Shown: in pieces, positions 24,871 to 35,830 of the stretch
Layout of the letters: each line of letters begins with the position of its first letter
How positions within the stretch are numbered: position 1 is the stretch's first letter
Notes under the pieces: generated by a model
Seen by the model: the letters and a program-made list of their open reading frames with translations, nothing else
Told to the model about the DNA's origin: nothing
The model's database searches: none
Translations under genes and position numbers: made by a program
NCBI RefSeq assembly: GCF_018977255.1
Contig: NW_024704742.1
Coordinates: forward strand, 127,598,001 to 127,662,000
Source: Callorhinchus milii
Taxonomy: Eukaryota
Direction: 5' to 3'
Length of the DNA stretch: 64,000 nt

Positions 24871-27800
24871 TGGTTTTACCCAAGTTTGCCACTGGGGGAG
24901 TCAAAGACACATCTCTTTGTTCATTGATTCATTTATTAAAAATGTTTTTAACATCCATGAAGAACAGCCTGAGAGAACACAACATAATTTTCACAGATTT
25001 CAGAGTGAATAAAAACTTGTCAAAAATAAGTATGCAGTGTTTTGTCAGGGTTTGCATGGAAACATCCAGTAACACATCATTTGAAGCCAAAGAAATTGAC
25101 ACATTTACATTGTCTGGTTTAGAATCGACTTTCAGGCTTTCCCCTACTTCTTGTAGGAATCGAAGCATTGAATTGATTTTTTTAAATCAAAATATATATA
25201 CTTATTTGTTGATATATATTTATGTCTGTCTCATACAGTATCAAACCTGTTACAGACAAGAAGACACAACATATTATTGTCCCGTTACAGAACGCAATAA
25301 GTCTGGCCCCTTGTGTTGGTGGAGGGGTGGGGGGGAGAGGTGGTGGTGGGGGAGAGGGCCTCTGCGCATTCTACTTTGCTGAAGGGACCAAGGGTTCTCC
25401 GCCACGGGGTTCTGCCACCCTTTGCAGGGAGCAGTTATAAGTGGGGTCTTGTAGCCCCCTCCCATCTTAGTGGGGAGTGAGGACAGGTGTACAGCACACA
25501 GGTTGTGCACACATGTTTTTTGGGACGCTCCCTTTAAGACAGTCGGGAATCGCGCCTGTATGCACTACACTCACGTGCGCGCCTGCATAATCCCCGATAA
25601 GGCACACTTGCTGCTTTCGGATGGCGCCCCGATGTGCACTGTAAGCACCCATGTTTACCCAAACACACGCCCGGAAACTTCGCAAACAAAAAAACCCAAA
25701 CACATACATTATATACCCAACCAGTCCCACCCCTGTCACTGCAGCTTCCCTGAAGATACAATATATAAAATTAAATACTCCGCTATCAGTGTTTATTTAA
25801 GGACAAATATAAATGTGACAAATTTGTTGGCTAAATCCAGTTTATCTAATAAGTGAGTCACCTCCATGCATATACCTGTGTGTACACAGAGCCATTTTTT
25901 CAAAGACTGTTTGCACAATTGCTTTTCCTTGCACAGGCTGGAATTTGATAAATATTATGTAAATCTTGTGTGCCTGGAGCATAAACTTCACACACATTGT
26001 AAAATCCCTAAAGGTCTTTTATTGGGTGAATTTTAATGGATATAAAATACATCTACCAGTGGTGAGGAATGGAACATTTTTCCACTTTTTGAAACAATGT
26101 CACCAAGAACTCCCAAGTTAACTACAACAAGGGTCTAATACAATATAACGTTTTCTTTACAGTTTTCAACAAATTCAGTCTCACAAAAACATTTCCTGTG
26201 TTGAGTGTTAGTTACTCCACTGGCCATAGAAGTCACCCTCTGGGTGATAGTAGCAAATCTATACCAAATCCTAAATTATGAGCAGTTTGTTGCATGGAAT
26301 AACACCTATTAGGAACTGAATTGTGATGACTTAAACACATTTCATGTACAGCTGGCGGTGAGATTTGACTCTCAATTGCCTGGAGTGTGTTCAAACTCAA
26401 GTCCCAGAGTTTTAATCCAGTGTACGTAAGTTCATTGCAATAACTTGCTTGCAGAAATAGAGCATGAGAATAAGAAAAAGTTGAGAAGAATTAATGTTAT
26501 TGCTTTGGGCAATTGTTTATATTATATAGACTTTTGTCTGAGATGATTTGCACAATAGGCTGTTGATCATAGAAGGTATGGTATTGAAACCATAGTTGCT
26601 AGTTGTTAGCTTTTCCTATATCATTGTGAAGCAGAATTCTCCAAGCATTGGATTGTTCATCCACAAAGAGGAAACGTGAGCTGAGTTTAGACTGCTTTTC
26701 TTTACCCAACTGATGATGTGTTGTTGCAATAGTAATCCTTAGTCCCTCAGTGGTGTGAAATGCTTTGAGACAACCTTCTGACATCAAAGGCCCGATATAA
26801 ATGTAAAAATTGGGGTTAAATAAATTCAGTTTGGTGCAAAAAGGAATCAATAAAGTAACAATTCTTGAAATCCTTCATGCATCTGAGGCTGAATCTATGA
26901 CAGTATTTGGAGTTTCAATGAAACTGAAGTTATGAACCAAGTTATCAGCAACATAATTTGCATGACTGAGCATTTTACAATCATTGATTTCTTTCATTCT
27001 CTGCGCAATTGGCTGCTGCATTTCGCTCACATAAACACAGTCACTACACTTTACAGTGTATCCTGTGAAATGCTTTCAGACGTCTCAAAGACGTGATAAG
27101 GCGCTGTATCAAATGCAAAGGATTATTATATTCAATAAATCTTACATACGGGAATATAAATGTAATGTTTTTATTAAGAATTGATTCTAATAATAAGATG
27201 TACTCAAAGTGTTGTTTTGTTTTGCATTCATTTTCTAAGGCTTAAAAGATTTTAATTAAAACTGAGTCCAATCTTGCATTAATTTTTTTAAAAATTTAAC
27301 GTTATAATGTTTCACCCACAAAATTCACAGTCACTACACTTTATAGTATATTCGGTGAAGCGCTTTGAGATGTCTTGAAAACTTGATAAGGCGCTATATC
27401 AAATGCAAGGTTTATTATTATTAAAAATGAAAGTACCAGATGATCTGATGCAAAACTTGCAAAAGGATTAACATTGGAATTTCTATGTTAGATTACATGT
27501 TGGAACTCTCAGTGTGGTTTGAATATTCAAATGCACGGTGATGAGTTTCCACATGTGTCAAAACACCCAACTGACTAAGAAAAACCTAGGATAAGGTTCA
27601 ACAGGCACTGAGCGCTCTCCAATAACACACTAAAGTGGCCATTATTCATGTGTGAGTGGTGTGAATTTTTTAAAAGCAGGATATTCAACCACAGGGAGCA
27701 ACAATACCCATGAATAAGGCTGTCTTCACTCATCTTCCATACAAATGCACACTGTGTGGTGAGGGACAGTGGGTGAAGGGCCTGGATATTTGATGAGGAG

Positions 27801-30800
27801 AGAGAACCATAGTTAATTTTCTCCTCCTAGGGGCTCTGAGTGCAATTGTAGCACCCACCTGTTTCCCCAGTTAACACGGTGCAAAATAGAATTTGATTCT
27901 ACCATCTTCCCTTCTGAATGAACGAACGGTGCATCAGGCAGTACCTATTCTCAGCAGGCTGTCAAGGGAACACAAAAAGGATCATTTTGGTTGATAGACT
28001 TGTAAGAGGTCCAGAACATTGGAAAAATGTCATAAAATGAATTTGTTTTGAACAGCAGGGAGAATCTTTACTTCAGTTGTGTTACATTGCACTGATTGAG
28101 TGCATGAAATTCCGCTTCATATTTCTCTCCCGAGAGGTATTGCAATCTGTCCGCAATAGGCCGCCTACTAAGATATTACAAACAAATGCTGAAGGAAGGC
28201 TGCCTGTAGTTTACCTTGCTAATGACTTTATTGCACGATTTCAGAAAATCCCATTAATGCTACGATAAGGGACCTTGTTACCTTACAGAAAGCTTCCTGT
28301 ATCCCAGTGGGTTATTGTCAATTGTTGTTCTTCCTCTAATACTGTTACAGATTATTTAACCAGTGCAATAAAAACAGTGATAAAAGATTCTAACCTTTAG
28401 ACTGCTCAGTTTCTGCCTCGTGTGAAAGATCTAAGTTATAACCAGTTATTGAGTCCCCAAGGACTCAACAACTTCAAAAGCGGTGTTGGACAACAGCAGG
28501 CCTCCTTTTCCTATGGGTCTGCAGGTCATTTCCTGTCAGTTCAGAAGGATTATGAAGTAGTTTTTTCAGAATAGCTGGGGCCTCTTTCTCACTTGTATCT
28601 CACTGATGAATCGTACTGTGTAACCAAATGTGCTTTCCTTTGTACTTTAGATCATTTTACATACAAGGAGGAATGTAAAACTAGATTGAGTGCATTCAAT
28701 CAGAGTAACGTAACAGAACTGAAGTAAAGATTCTCACTGCAGTTCAAAACAAATTCATTTTATGACACCTTTCCCATGTCCTGCACCTCTTGTATATCAC
28801 TCATAGCCTACAAATACTGCCACTACTCTTCACAGTTAATCCTATGAAGCGCTTTGAGACATTTTGATGATGTAATAAAAAGCAATATCGAAAGCCAAGA
28901 TTATTGGTATTATTTATATACTGTGTATCCCTTCTGAACATCTGTTCTGCACTATACATTATATCAATCCTTCCATTTAATACAACATTTATCACATCAG
29001 AAGAACATCCCGAAGCATTTTGTTTCACAAGGGGACATTTAGCCATTCCGTGTCTATGCTGGCTCTTTTAAAGAGTAATCCATTCTGACCCAATGTACCT
29101 GCCTTTCCACTAATCCGGATTAAGAAATTTCACTGGAAAACTCGTAAATTTGCAACAGTTCCTCATTGGAAGCTTTTGCATTAAATCTATAAATATTGTG
29201 TATCTATGAAGTGCTGTATTTCAAAAATGTAATTTGCACTTAATCAACTCATGGTAACTTGTACATTCTCTTATCTGGAAAGGTGGGTATTAAAACTACA
29301 ATATCAAACTCCATTGTTAGATGCTGTATATCAGATTATTGCTCAATGTCCTTTGTGGAACTAGTTCAACAGTAAAGTAATGGGTCAGTAAAAAGCAGCG
29401 CGGTTTACTCTTAACACCATCAAAATGGCAGCAATTCACACTAACAAAAAATAAATATGGAAGGTAATTTAGAAAGCGCTTACTTAATATCAAAAATTGG
29501 ACCTAATCGCTTACATTTTGTGAATGTCATATAAAACCGATTATCTAAAGGGATCTTGATGGAAATTATTGTGCTATTTATTAAGTTACAAATTGGACAT
29601 TGCTATAGCTTTCGCTTGATGTGCTTTCACTGCTTGCAGGCAATTTCCATTTCAATTGCTGATTTTTGGTGGAACAATGCAACCTACTTTTTTAGTATAA
29701 ATGAGGAAAACAACAAAAAAAACACAGTAATGGCACTATTAAGGCTATTTTCTTTTTAGCACAGTTTAAGTACCTGCTCTACTTGAGAATGAATTCAATG
29801 TGAATTGGAAAGAGACCATTACAAGAAATGAGAATTCATATGGTTTTCATTGAACTATGTTAAACATAAAATGAACATATAACACTTGCCTAATTTGCAA
29901 GTTTGGTTAACAAATCATGTGCAAAATTAGCACAATGTGCATATGGGGGGAAATACAGATGATCTTAATTGTATTATTAATAATTAATGTCAAGGATTAT
30001 AGGTGAGTTTATAATAATAACATTTGATATATCACCTTATCATGTCGTCAAAATGCCTCAAAGTGCTTCAAGGGTTTTTACTGTGAAGTGGAGTCACGGT
30101 GCATTATATAGGCAAAATGTATTTTGACACCTTAGCCAGGAGTAGAAGAATATTAAATCAAAAAAGCACATGCTTTGTTAAAGTCAATTATCACTGAGCA
30201 TGTCTGAAATGGGTTAAGCAAATTCCTTCATGCTTAGGTTATGGTAAACCTGTGAGTACTGCACCATTGTAAATGTTGTATTACTTTAGAGTTAGGGAAT
30301 TAAGAGAGGATTTCCAAATGTTCTTGAAGAATATATGACAGACTCTAGCAATGGTTAATATCCGATTTCAATTAGATTCTTGCCATCATGTAGACATCCG
30401 AATAAACCTCTAGTTGGTTTTCACAGATTCATTGAAAAACAATATCAATATCTATTGCTTCACAAGCACATTTGAGACTGGAGTTTTGCCAATTTATATT
30501 AAGACCTAATTAGTTTGGTGCTGACTCAGAGGTCGTAAGATCTGCTAAAAGGATATCTATTTTCTGTGTGTAGCCATTTCTGTAAATCAATGAGTCTGCT
30601 CCAAAGACAATGCGTTAGCACACTGATTCTTGATTCAATTTGAATTCAAGTAAACCACAAACAGTGAACCAAATGTAAGAACCAGAGGCTTGAACTTTCT
30701 CCCAGTCATAGCATTGAGACCACCGTCTTAAAATTTAACACTGTGCGGAACTTTGGCAAAGGTGGTCAATGAGGCAATTTAACTAATTTATATCCAGATA

Positions 30801-31545
30801 ATTGAAGACTGGAATGTGAGATGTTATTGTTTCCCCCTGACTCTCACAATGGTTGGGCTTGAAACTGGCTTACACTGCAATGTACGCCAAGCATGATGTT
30901 TGTGGAATATGAGTGTCGATTCATGAGATGCCGTCTTAAAAAGCTGTTATCCCACATTCCCGCACTGCTCCAATGGTGCGTCTCGGGAGCTGAAAACACA
31001 ATGCTTTGGGCTCAACCACTATGATGGACTTGGGGAAAGGCAGTATCACACCCCATAGCACCAGTTTTTAGTTATAAGCTGTCTGTGGTTATCAATTGGC
31101 CTCTTAAACCGCATTGATCAATGATATAATATTTATCACCGGTGATAATGACACATCACCGGATGCAAATAATTTTCACCTAAACATTCTTTAGCCTGGT
31201 CATGCACAGCAGTCAGGGGAGGTAGAAGGAAAATTGTTTGATTGTAGAGGTAGCTGCCAGTCAGTGGCAGCTCTGTACTGAGTGTCACAGGAGCTATTAA
31301 CCTCCGACATTAGATGGCCAATTTCATGTTTAAGAATTCACAAAGGGTGGATTACACATCTGAATCTGTGTTTGTACAACATGAATTCTGTCTTTTCTGT
31401 CAATGTTGATTTCTTCACTGATATGCAACCACCTTGACCTCTATAAACAAAATGCAAAATACTGCAAATGCTGGAAAACTGAAAAAAACAGAAGTCCCTG
31501 GGAACACTCAGCAGGTCAGGCAGCATCTTTGGAGAAAGGAAAGTG

Positions 31546-31582
31546 AGTCAACGTTTCGGGTCCACGACCATTCATCAAAACT
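31546..31582 (-). ncRNA. Minimal hammerhead ribozyme motif, degenerate (CUGAUGA reads UUGAUGA)
   Basis: Minus strand reads AGTT-TTGATGA-A-TGGTC gtg GACCC-GAAA-CGTT-GACT. Confidence 0.65.
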
Positions 31583-31743
31583 GGGGTATGTGGAAGGGAG
31601 AGGCTTTTAAGGGCTAACAGAGAGGGGGGAGGCAGAGCAAGGAAGACAAAGGAGAAAATGGGGTAGAGGACAGGGAATGATGGGCTAAAGAGGTGTTAAT
31701 GATGCATAACAATGGGGGGTGGAAATTGCGGAACATTTTTCCT

Positions 31744-31892
31744 GGGGAGACAAAATGCAGATTGGATGATTGATTTGCCAAACACCTCCGTTCTGTCTGC
31801 AAGCACAACCCTGAGCTTCCGTTTCTTGCCACTTCAACTCTCCCGCCCACAATATCGGCCTCAATATTGATTTCAACAATTTCAGACCATAA
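31744..31892 (+). pseudogene. Decayed GIY-YIG endonuclease C-terminal fragment (Penelope-like ORF end)
   Basis: Manual translation gives GETKCRLDD*FAKHLRSVCKHNPELP, then a frameshift to CHFNSPAH, then a deletion to GLNIDFNNFRP*. This matches the GxT.R.L..RF.EH...HF...H...GLN pattern of PLE endonucleases. Confidence 0.8.
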
Positions 31893-32188
31893 CAGCTCAT
31901 CTTTCCCCTTCCCCTCCTCTGTGACCATTCCCACATCATCTGGGTTCCAGACACACCTTTTTCTCTCTCTGGTCTGCCTATTTTGTTGCAATTCCCCAAC
32001 CCCGCTTGTTGTGCATTATTAACACCTCTATTCCCCAGTTTTGTTGCAATCCACCACTTTGTTTTGCATCATTAACACCTCTTTAAACCATCATCCCCTG
32101 TCTTCTACCCCATTTTCTCCTTTGTCTTCCTTGCCCTGCCTCCCCCCTCTCTGTTAGCCCTTAAAAGCCTCTCCCTTCCACATGCCCC

Positions 32189-32225
32189 AGTTCTGATGAA
32201 GGGTCATGGACCCAAAACGTTGACT
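32189..32225 (+). ncRNA. Minimal hammerhead ribozyme motif, degenerate (GAAA reads AAAA)
   Basis: AGTT-CTGATGA-A-GGGTC atg GACCC-AAAA-CGTT-GACT: helix I, intact CUGAUGA, helix II and a palindromic ACGT in place of helix III. Confidence 0.65.
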
Positions 32226-32644
32226 CACTTTCCTTTCTCCATAGATGCTGCCTGATCTGCTGAGTGTTCCCAGCGACTTCTGTTTATGCTTCACCTTGAC
32301 CTCTATTTCTATCTCAATACTTTGGCCAAAATGACTTCTGAGTGGGATCCACAGTAACAAGATGATGTCAGAATTATATCAGGAAATCAAAGTTTTTTTT
32401 AAAATTCAATAGAAAACAGATGTAAACTCAAGGTTTTCAATTGACCATTTAAAGTTGACTGTTTTAAATTCACTGCAGATGAAGAAGTCAGATTGAATGT
32501 TATCCTGGATTGTTCCCCTCTTTCCTGGCGGTGGACACAATTAGATTGATTCACATCAAGGAACATACTGAGAAATGACTGCCACGGGAGGAAAAGCCTC
32601 CAAGATCTAAAGCTCTTTTAACATAACTGACCAAATAATTATTC

Positions 32645-33210
32645 ATGTTTTCATCATATCAATGCTTGACTACTCCAAATGCCCTGCTCACACGACTCCC
32701 CAGCCCTCTCCTTTATGAACTACAGACTATCCAGAACTCTGCAGCCCACGCTCTCTTCTGCACCAGCCGATCCAAGCCTATCACTCCCATCCTCACTCAG
32801 CTCCATTGGTTCCCCATCCCCCAGCGTATCAAATTTGAGCTCCTCAATCTCACTTTCAAATCCCTCCACGAATGTGCACCACCTGCAGTCTCCTACAACT
32901 GTACACACCAGGTCACTGCCTTTAGTCAGTGAATACTGACCTGCTTCATGTTTGCCACTGTATCTGCCCCAACATTATCAGGTGAGCTTTCAGCCATTCT
33001 GCCCTCGTTTGCTGGAACTCAATCCGAATCCTTCTGACTCGACCCTCCCTCACCACTTTCAGAGCCCGCCCCAAGACTTACCTCTTTGACCACGCTTTTA
33101 TTCACCTTTCCCTTACCCACCCTCTTCAACTTCCACCCCTGGCTTAAGTGCCCAGACAATAGTTGAAAGTGGTTTGAGACATCCGCCCAACACTATAAAT
33201 GAAGGCTCTA
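32645..33210 (+). mobile_element. Older L2 LINE 3' fragment
   Basis: LQTIQNSAAHAL...ITPILTQLHWFPIPQRIKFE, with a degenerate tail. Confidence 0.85.
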
Positions 33211-33567
33211 TATTATTATAAATTGTATTGTAACGTGGACACAAGGGCATCCAAGAATTTCAAATGGAATGTTTACTGTACAGTGGAGGTTATTCTATGC
33301 CTCTCATCTGGCTGGTGCTATCTTTTCCGCTGGAGTTATGTGCTTTAATTGCTGTTTTTCCTCAGGTATCTAGCCAATTCCTTTTAAAATGTTATTGCAG
33401 ACTCAACATTAATAGCCTTTTGTGGTAATCGATTTCACATTTTAGCAACCCTCTATGTTAAAGAAAAGTTCTAACCTTAGTGCCTGGAGCCAGTGTTTTG
33501 AAAAAGCTGAATTAATCTAAGTCACCTCTACTTTTCGGCCAACATGCTTCATAAGGATTGGAAAATT

Positions 33568-33805
33568 AGAGGTAGAATTCCACCTAAGTCCAGGTTTACT
33601 CTATTAAAGTAGCACGTCAGGGCATAGAGATTTTGGCAAATTCTTAAAAGTAGCCTTAATTTGAAACAGTTTTTCTGTAAATTCTTTTAAGAACTTTTAA
33701 GAACTGTAGAAACCTGACTTCAGAGTTAAGACTGAATTCAACAATTTGGCAGATGCTGGACATTGTGCAATACTAGAGTAAATCTAGATTCAGGATATTT
33801 ACCCC
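33568..33805. mobile_element. Foldback MITE-like relic
   Basis: The left end cctaagtccaggtttactcta is an imperfect inverted match to the right end tagagtaaatctagattcagg. Inner gattttggcaaattctt and aattcaacaatttggc are also inverted. The right half recurs at about 3885-3985. Confidence 0.6.
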
Positions 33806-33829
33806 ATACATTGACTCACTTTATGTTTG

Positions 33830-34033
33830 TAACCATTGGCAGCTGTGCTTTCATCCACTACACCCCGAATCTCTGCAATCCCATGCCTCAAACCCTCCTT
33901 GCCCATCTTCAAATCACACCTCTTCAAACTATGGTCACCTCCCCTCTCTCCACGGCTCGGGACCAAACCTCGGCATTGTTGAGGCTCTGAGACGCTATCC
34001 TGCGTGAAGGGCTATATAAATGCAAATTGTTGT
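33830..34033 (+). mobile_element. L2 3' end fragment
   Basis: ccattggcagctgtgctttc...cactacacccc...gctctgagacgc...gctatataaatgcaaattgttg. Confidence 0.75.
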
Positions 34034-35689
34034 AATTATAACTAGAGAAACAAATATTTCTCTCGTCACTATTTTAAACGTGATGTTGAAGTTATCCCAG
34101 ATGCAATCTTTATCCTTCATTAGGGAGTTAACTGGCAAACTGTATTAATGTTAGACCTGGGCAGATCATGTGCTCTGAGTATTACCCCAGACAAAGATAC
34201 ATTGGGATCTCATGAATTTATGTGAAATATATGTTCATTTGATGCCTGGTGAATGTAATCTTTCAAGCTGTGATTGAACATTTTTTCTTTCCAACATAAA
34301 TCTTATTTATGCATGAATACAAGTTAAATTTCTACTTCTATTGCAAATGGCCTCAGGAAGGCAATTGATTGATATTGTTAACATTTCCGATTGTGCTTCT
34401 ACATGGAGTGATGATGTGATGAATGCTGAAATCTCTCAGATTGAAGCTAAATGAGCTTTTACTTCAACAAGAAGGCTATAAAAATGTTAGCCGCTGAGTT
34501 TCACAATTATTTACAATTTATTAAAATTCCCAAAGTGACAGTACCTATTTCCAGGAGATAGAAAACACCTACCTTTATTACTAGCTTATCCATCTCACCG
34601 GGAAAAAGAGTAAAGGTTCAAAAGCTCTCCGTTTTGCTAACTTTACCAATGTGCTCAGCATGGTGGGTTCCTATTTAAGACGTCATTACAGAAAAGGAAA
34701 CAAATTATAAAACTAGCTGTGTTTTGTCCATGGGATGGTTTATCATGATCAGTCATCTCATAAAGTAAATTTAGGATTTGGAAAGACCAAAGTTTCATTA
34801 CCTCCAGCTCCAACTTGTCAACTTCAGCTTATCAGCTACAGAGCCAACAGTCAAGAAACGCTGGGAAATGCCAATCAGATAAATGTTAGAGATTTCTGCA
34901 AAAAGCAATTTGGGAGACCTGCTGCTTATCACAACACTATTTTTCTTCGGGGTGGGTGAGTTGAGAAACACGGAGCATAGAGGATAATATAATTAGCGAA
35001 TCACAGGCCTGGTTAGAGATTATGAAGCAAGGCAATCTCTGAATGAACGTGTACTTATTTGAATGTATTAAAATTTTGATTGTTCATCAACCACTGTATC
35101 CCTTTGCGAATGTTTGATAGCATATATTAGAAGTTTGCCATTCAGGTTCCCAGGTTCGATGCTGGTTTGGGTTGATTTAGCTGATATCAGTGTGAGTTAC
35201 GCAAACGGTCTCAGTATCCCTGGATGAGGGAGGGGAATAATGAGGGGTTCCTGCTTTATCCTGTAACTCTTGCTTCAATGAATAAATGAATGGAGTATTA
35301 GCTGAGGCCAGGTAGAACTTTGGCTTTGGTTGAATAGCTCATTCACTAGACTCACAGATAAAGAATGACTGCTTAGGCGAGGTAGGTCCTGGTGCTTGTG
35401 TAGCATAATCATAACCTGAGTCAAACAGAAGAAAGTGAGAGGGAAAAACACACAAAAATACACTAAACCCTCTTAGCTTGTAATGCATGAGCACATTCAT
35501 AAGAAATTAGGAACAGTAACAGGATATTTGATCGAATAAGCCTACACTTTGTTGGATGATATCAAACCTACCTTTTCAGCTTCTCAAATATTCCTCAATC
35601 ATCCGTTTCTCTAGAAATAAATCTATTTGTTTCTTCAACCAATTTAAGCTATTACATTGCAATACTTGCCAGATATTTCTTCGAGATAA

Positions 35690-35830
35690 ATCATAGTACC
35701 ATACAACATTTACAGCACAGAAGGAGGCCATTTGGCCCAATGAGAGCTATCTACTCTAATCCAATTCCCCTGCTTTTTCCCCATAACCTTCAATATTATT
35801 TTTCAACGAGTATTTATCCAATTCCCTTTT
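35690..35830 (-). mobile_element. CR1-type 3' terminal fragment (similar ends near 17985-18060, 41410-41525, 43255-43350, 49985-50127, 62268-62400, 63500-63595)
   Basis: acagcacagaaggaggccatttggccc is the reverse complement of the gggccaaatggcctccttctgtgctgt terminus shared by CR1 LINEs and their SINEs. Confidence 0.7.

Larger units (their letters stand above)
31447..32285 (+). mobile_element. Penelope-like retroelement remnant: GIY-YIG endonuclease C-terminus flanked by inverted pseudo-LTR-type repeats
   Basis: About 250 bp at 31487-31730 is the reverse complement of about 32050-32285. The interior encodes a GIY-YIG-type tail, and both arms carry a hammerhead-like core, as known for Penelope-like elements. 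Confidence 0.85.

Noticed and set aside
24813..25382. 189-aa ORF
   Set aside because: It starts in a CR1 3' UTR, has low-complexity composition and shows no recognisable domain.
34405..34500. C/D box snoRNA (GTGATGA...CTGA)
   Set aside because: There is no convincing terminal stem or recognisable guide, and the motifs are short enough to occur by chance.
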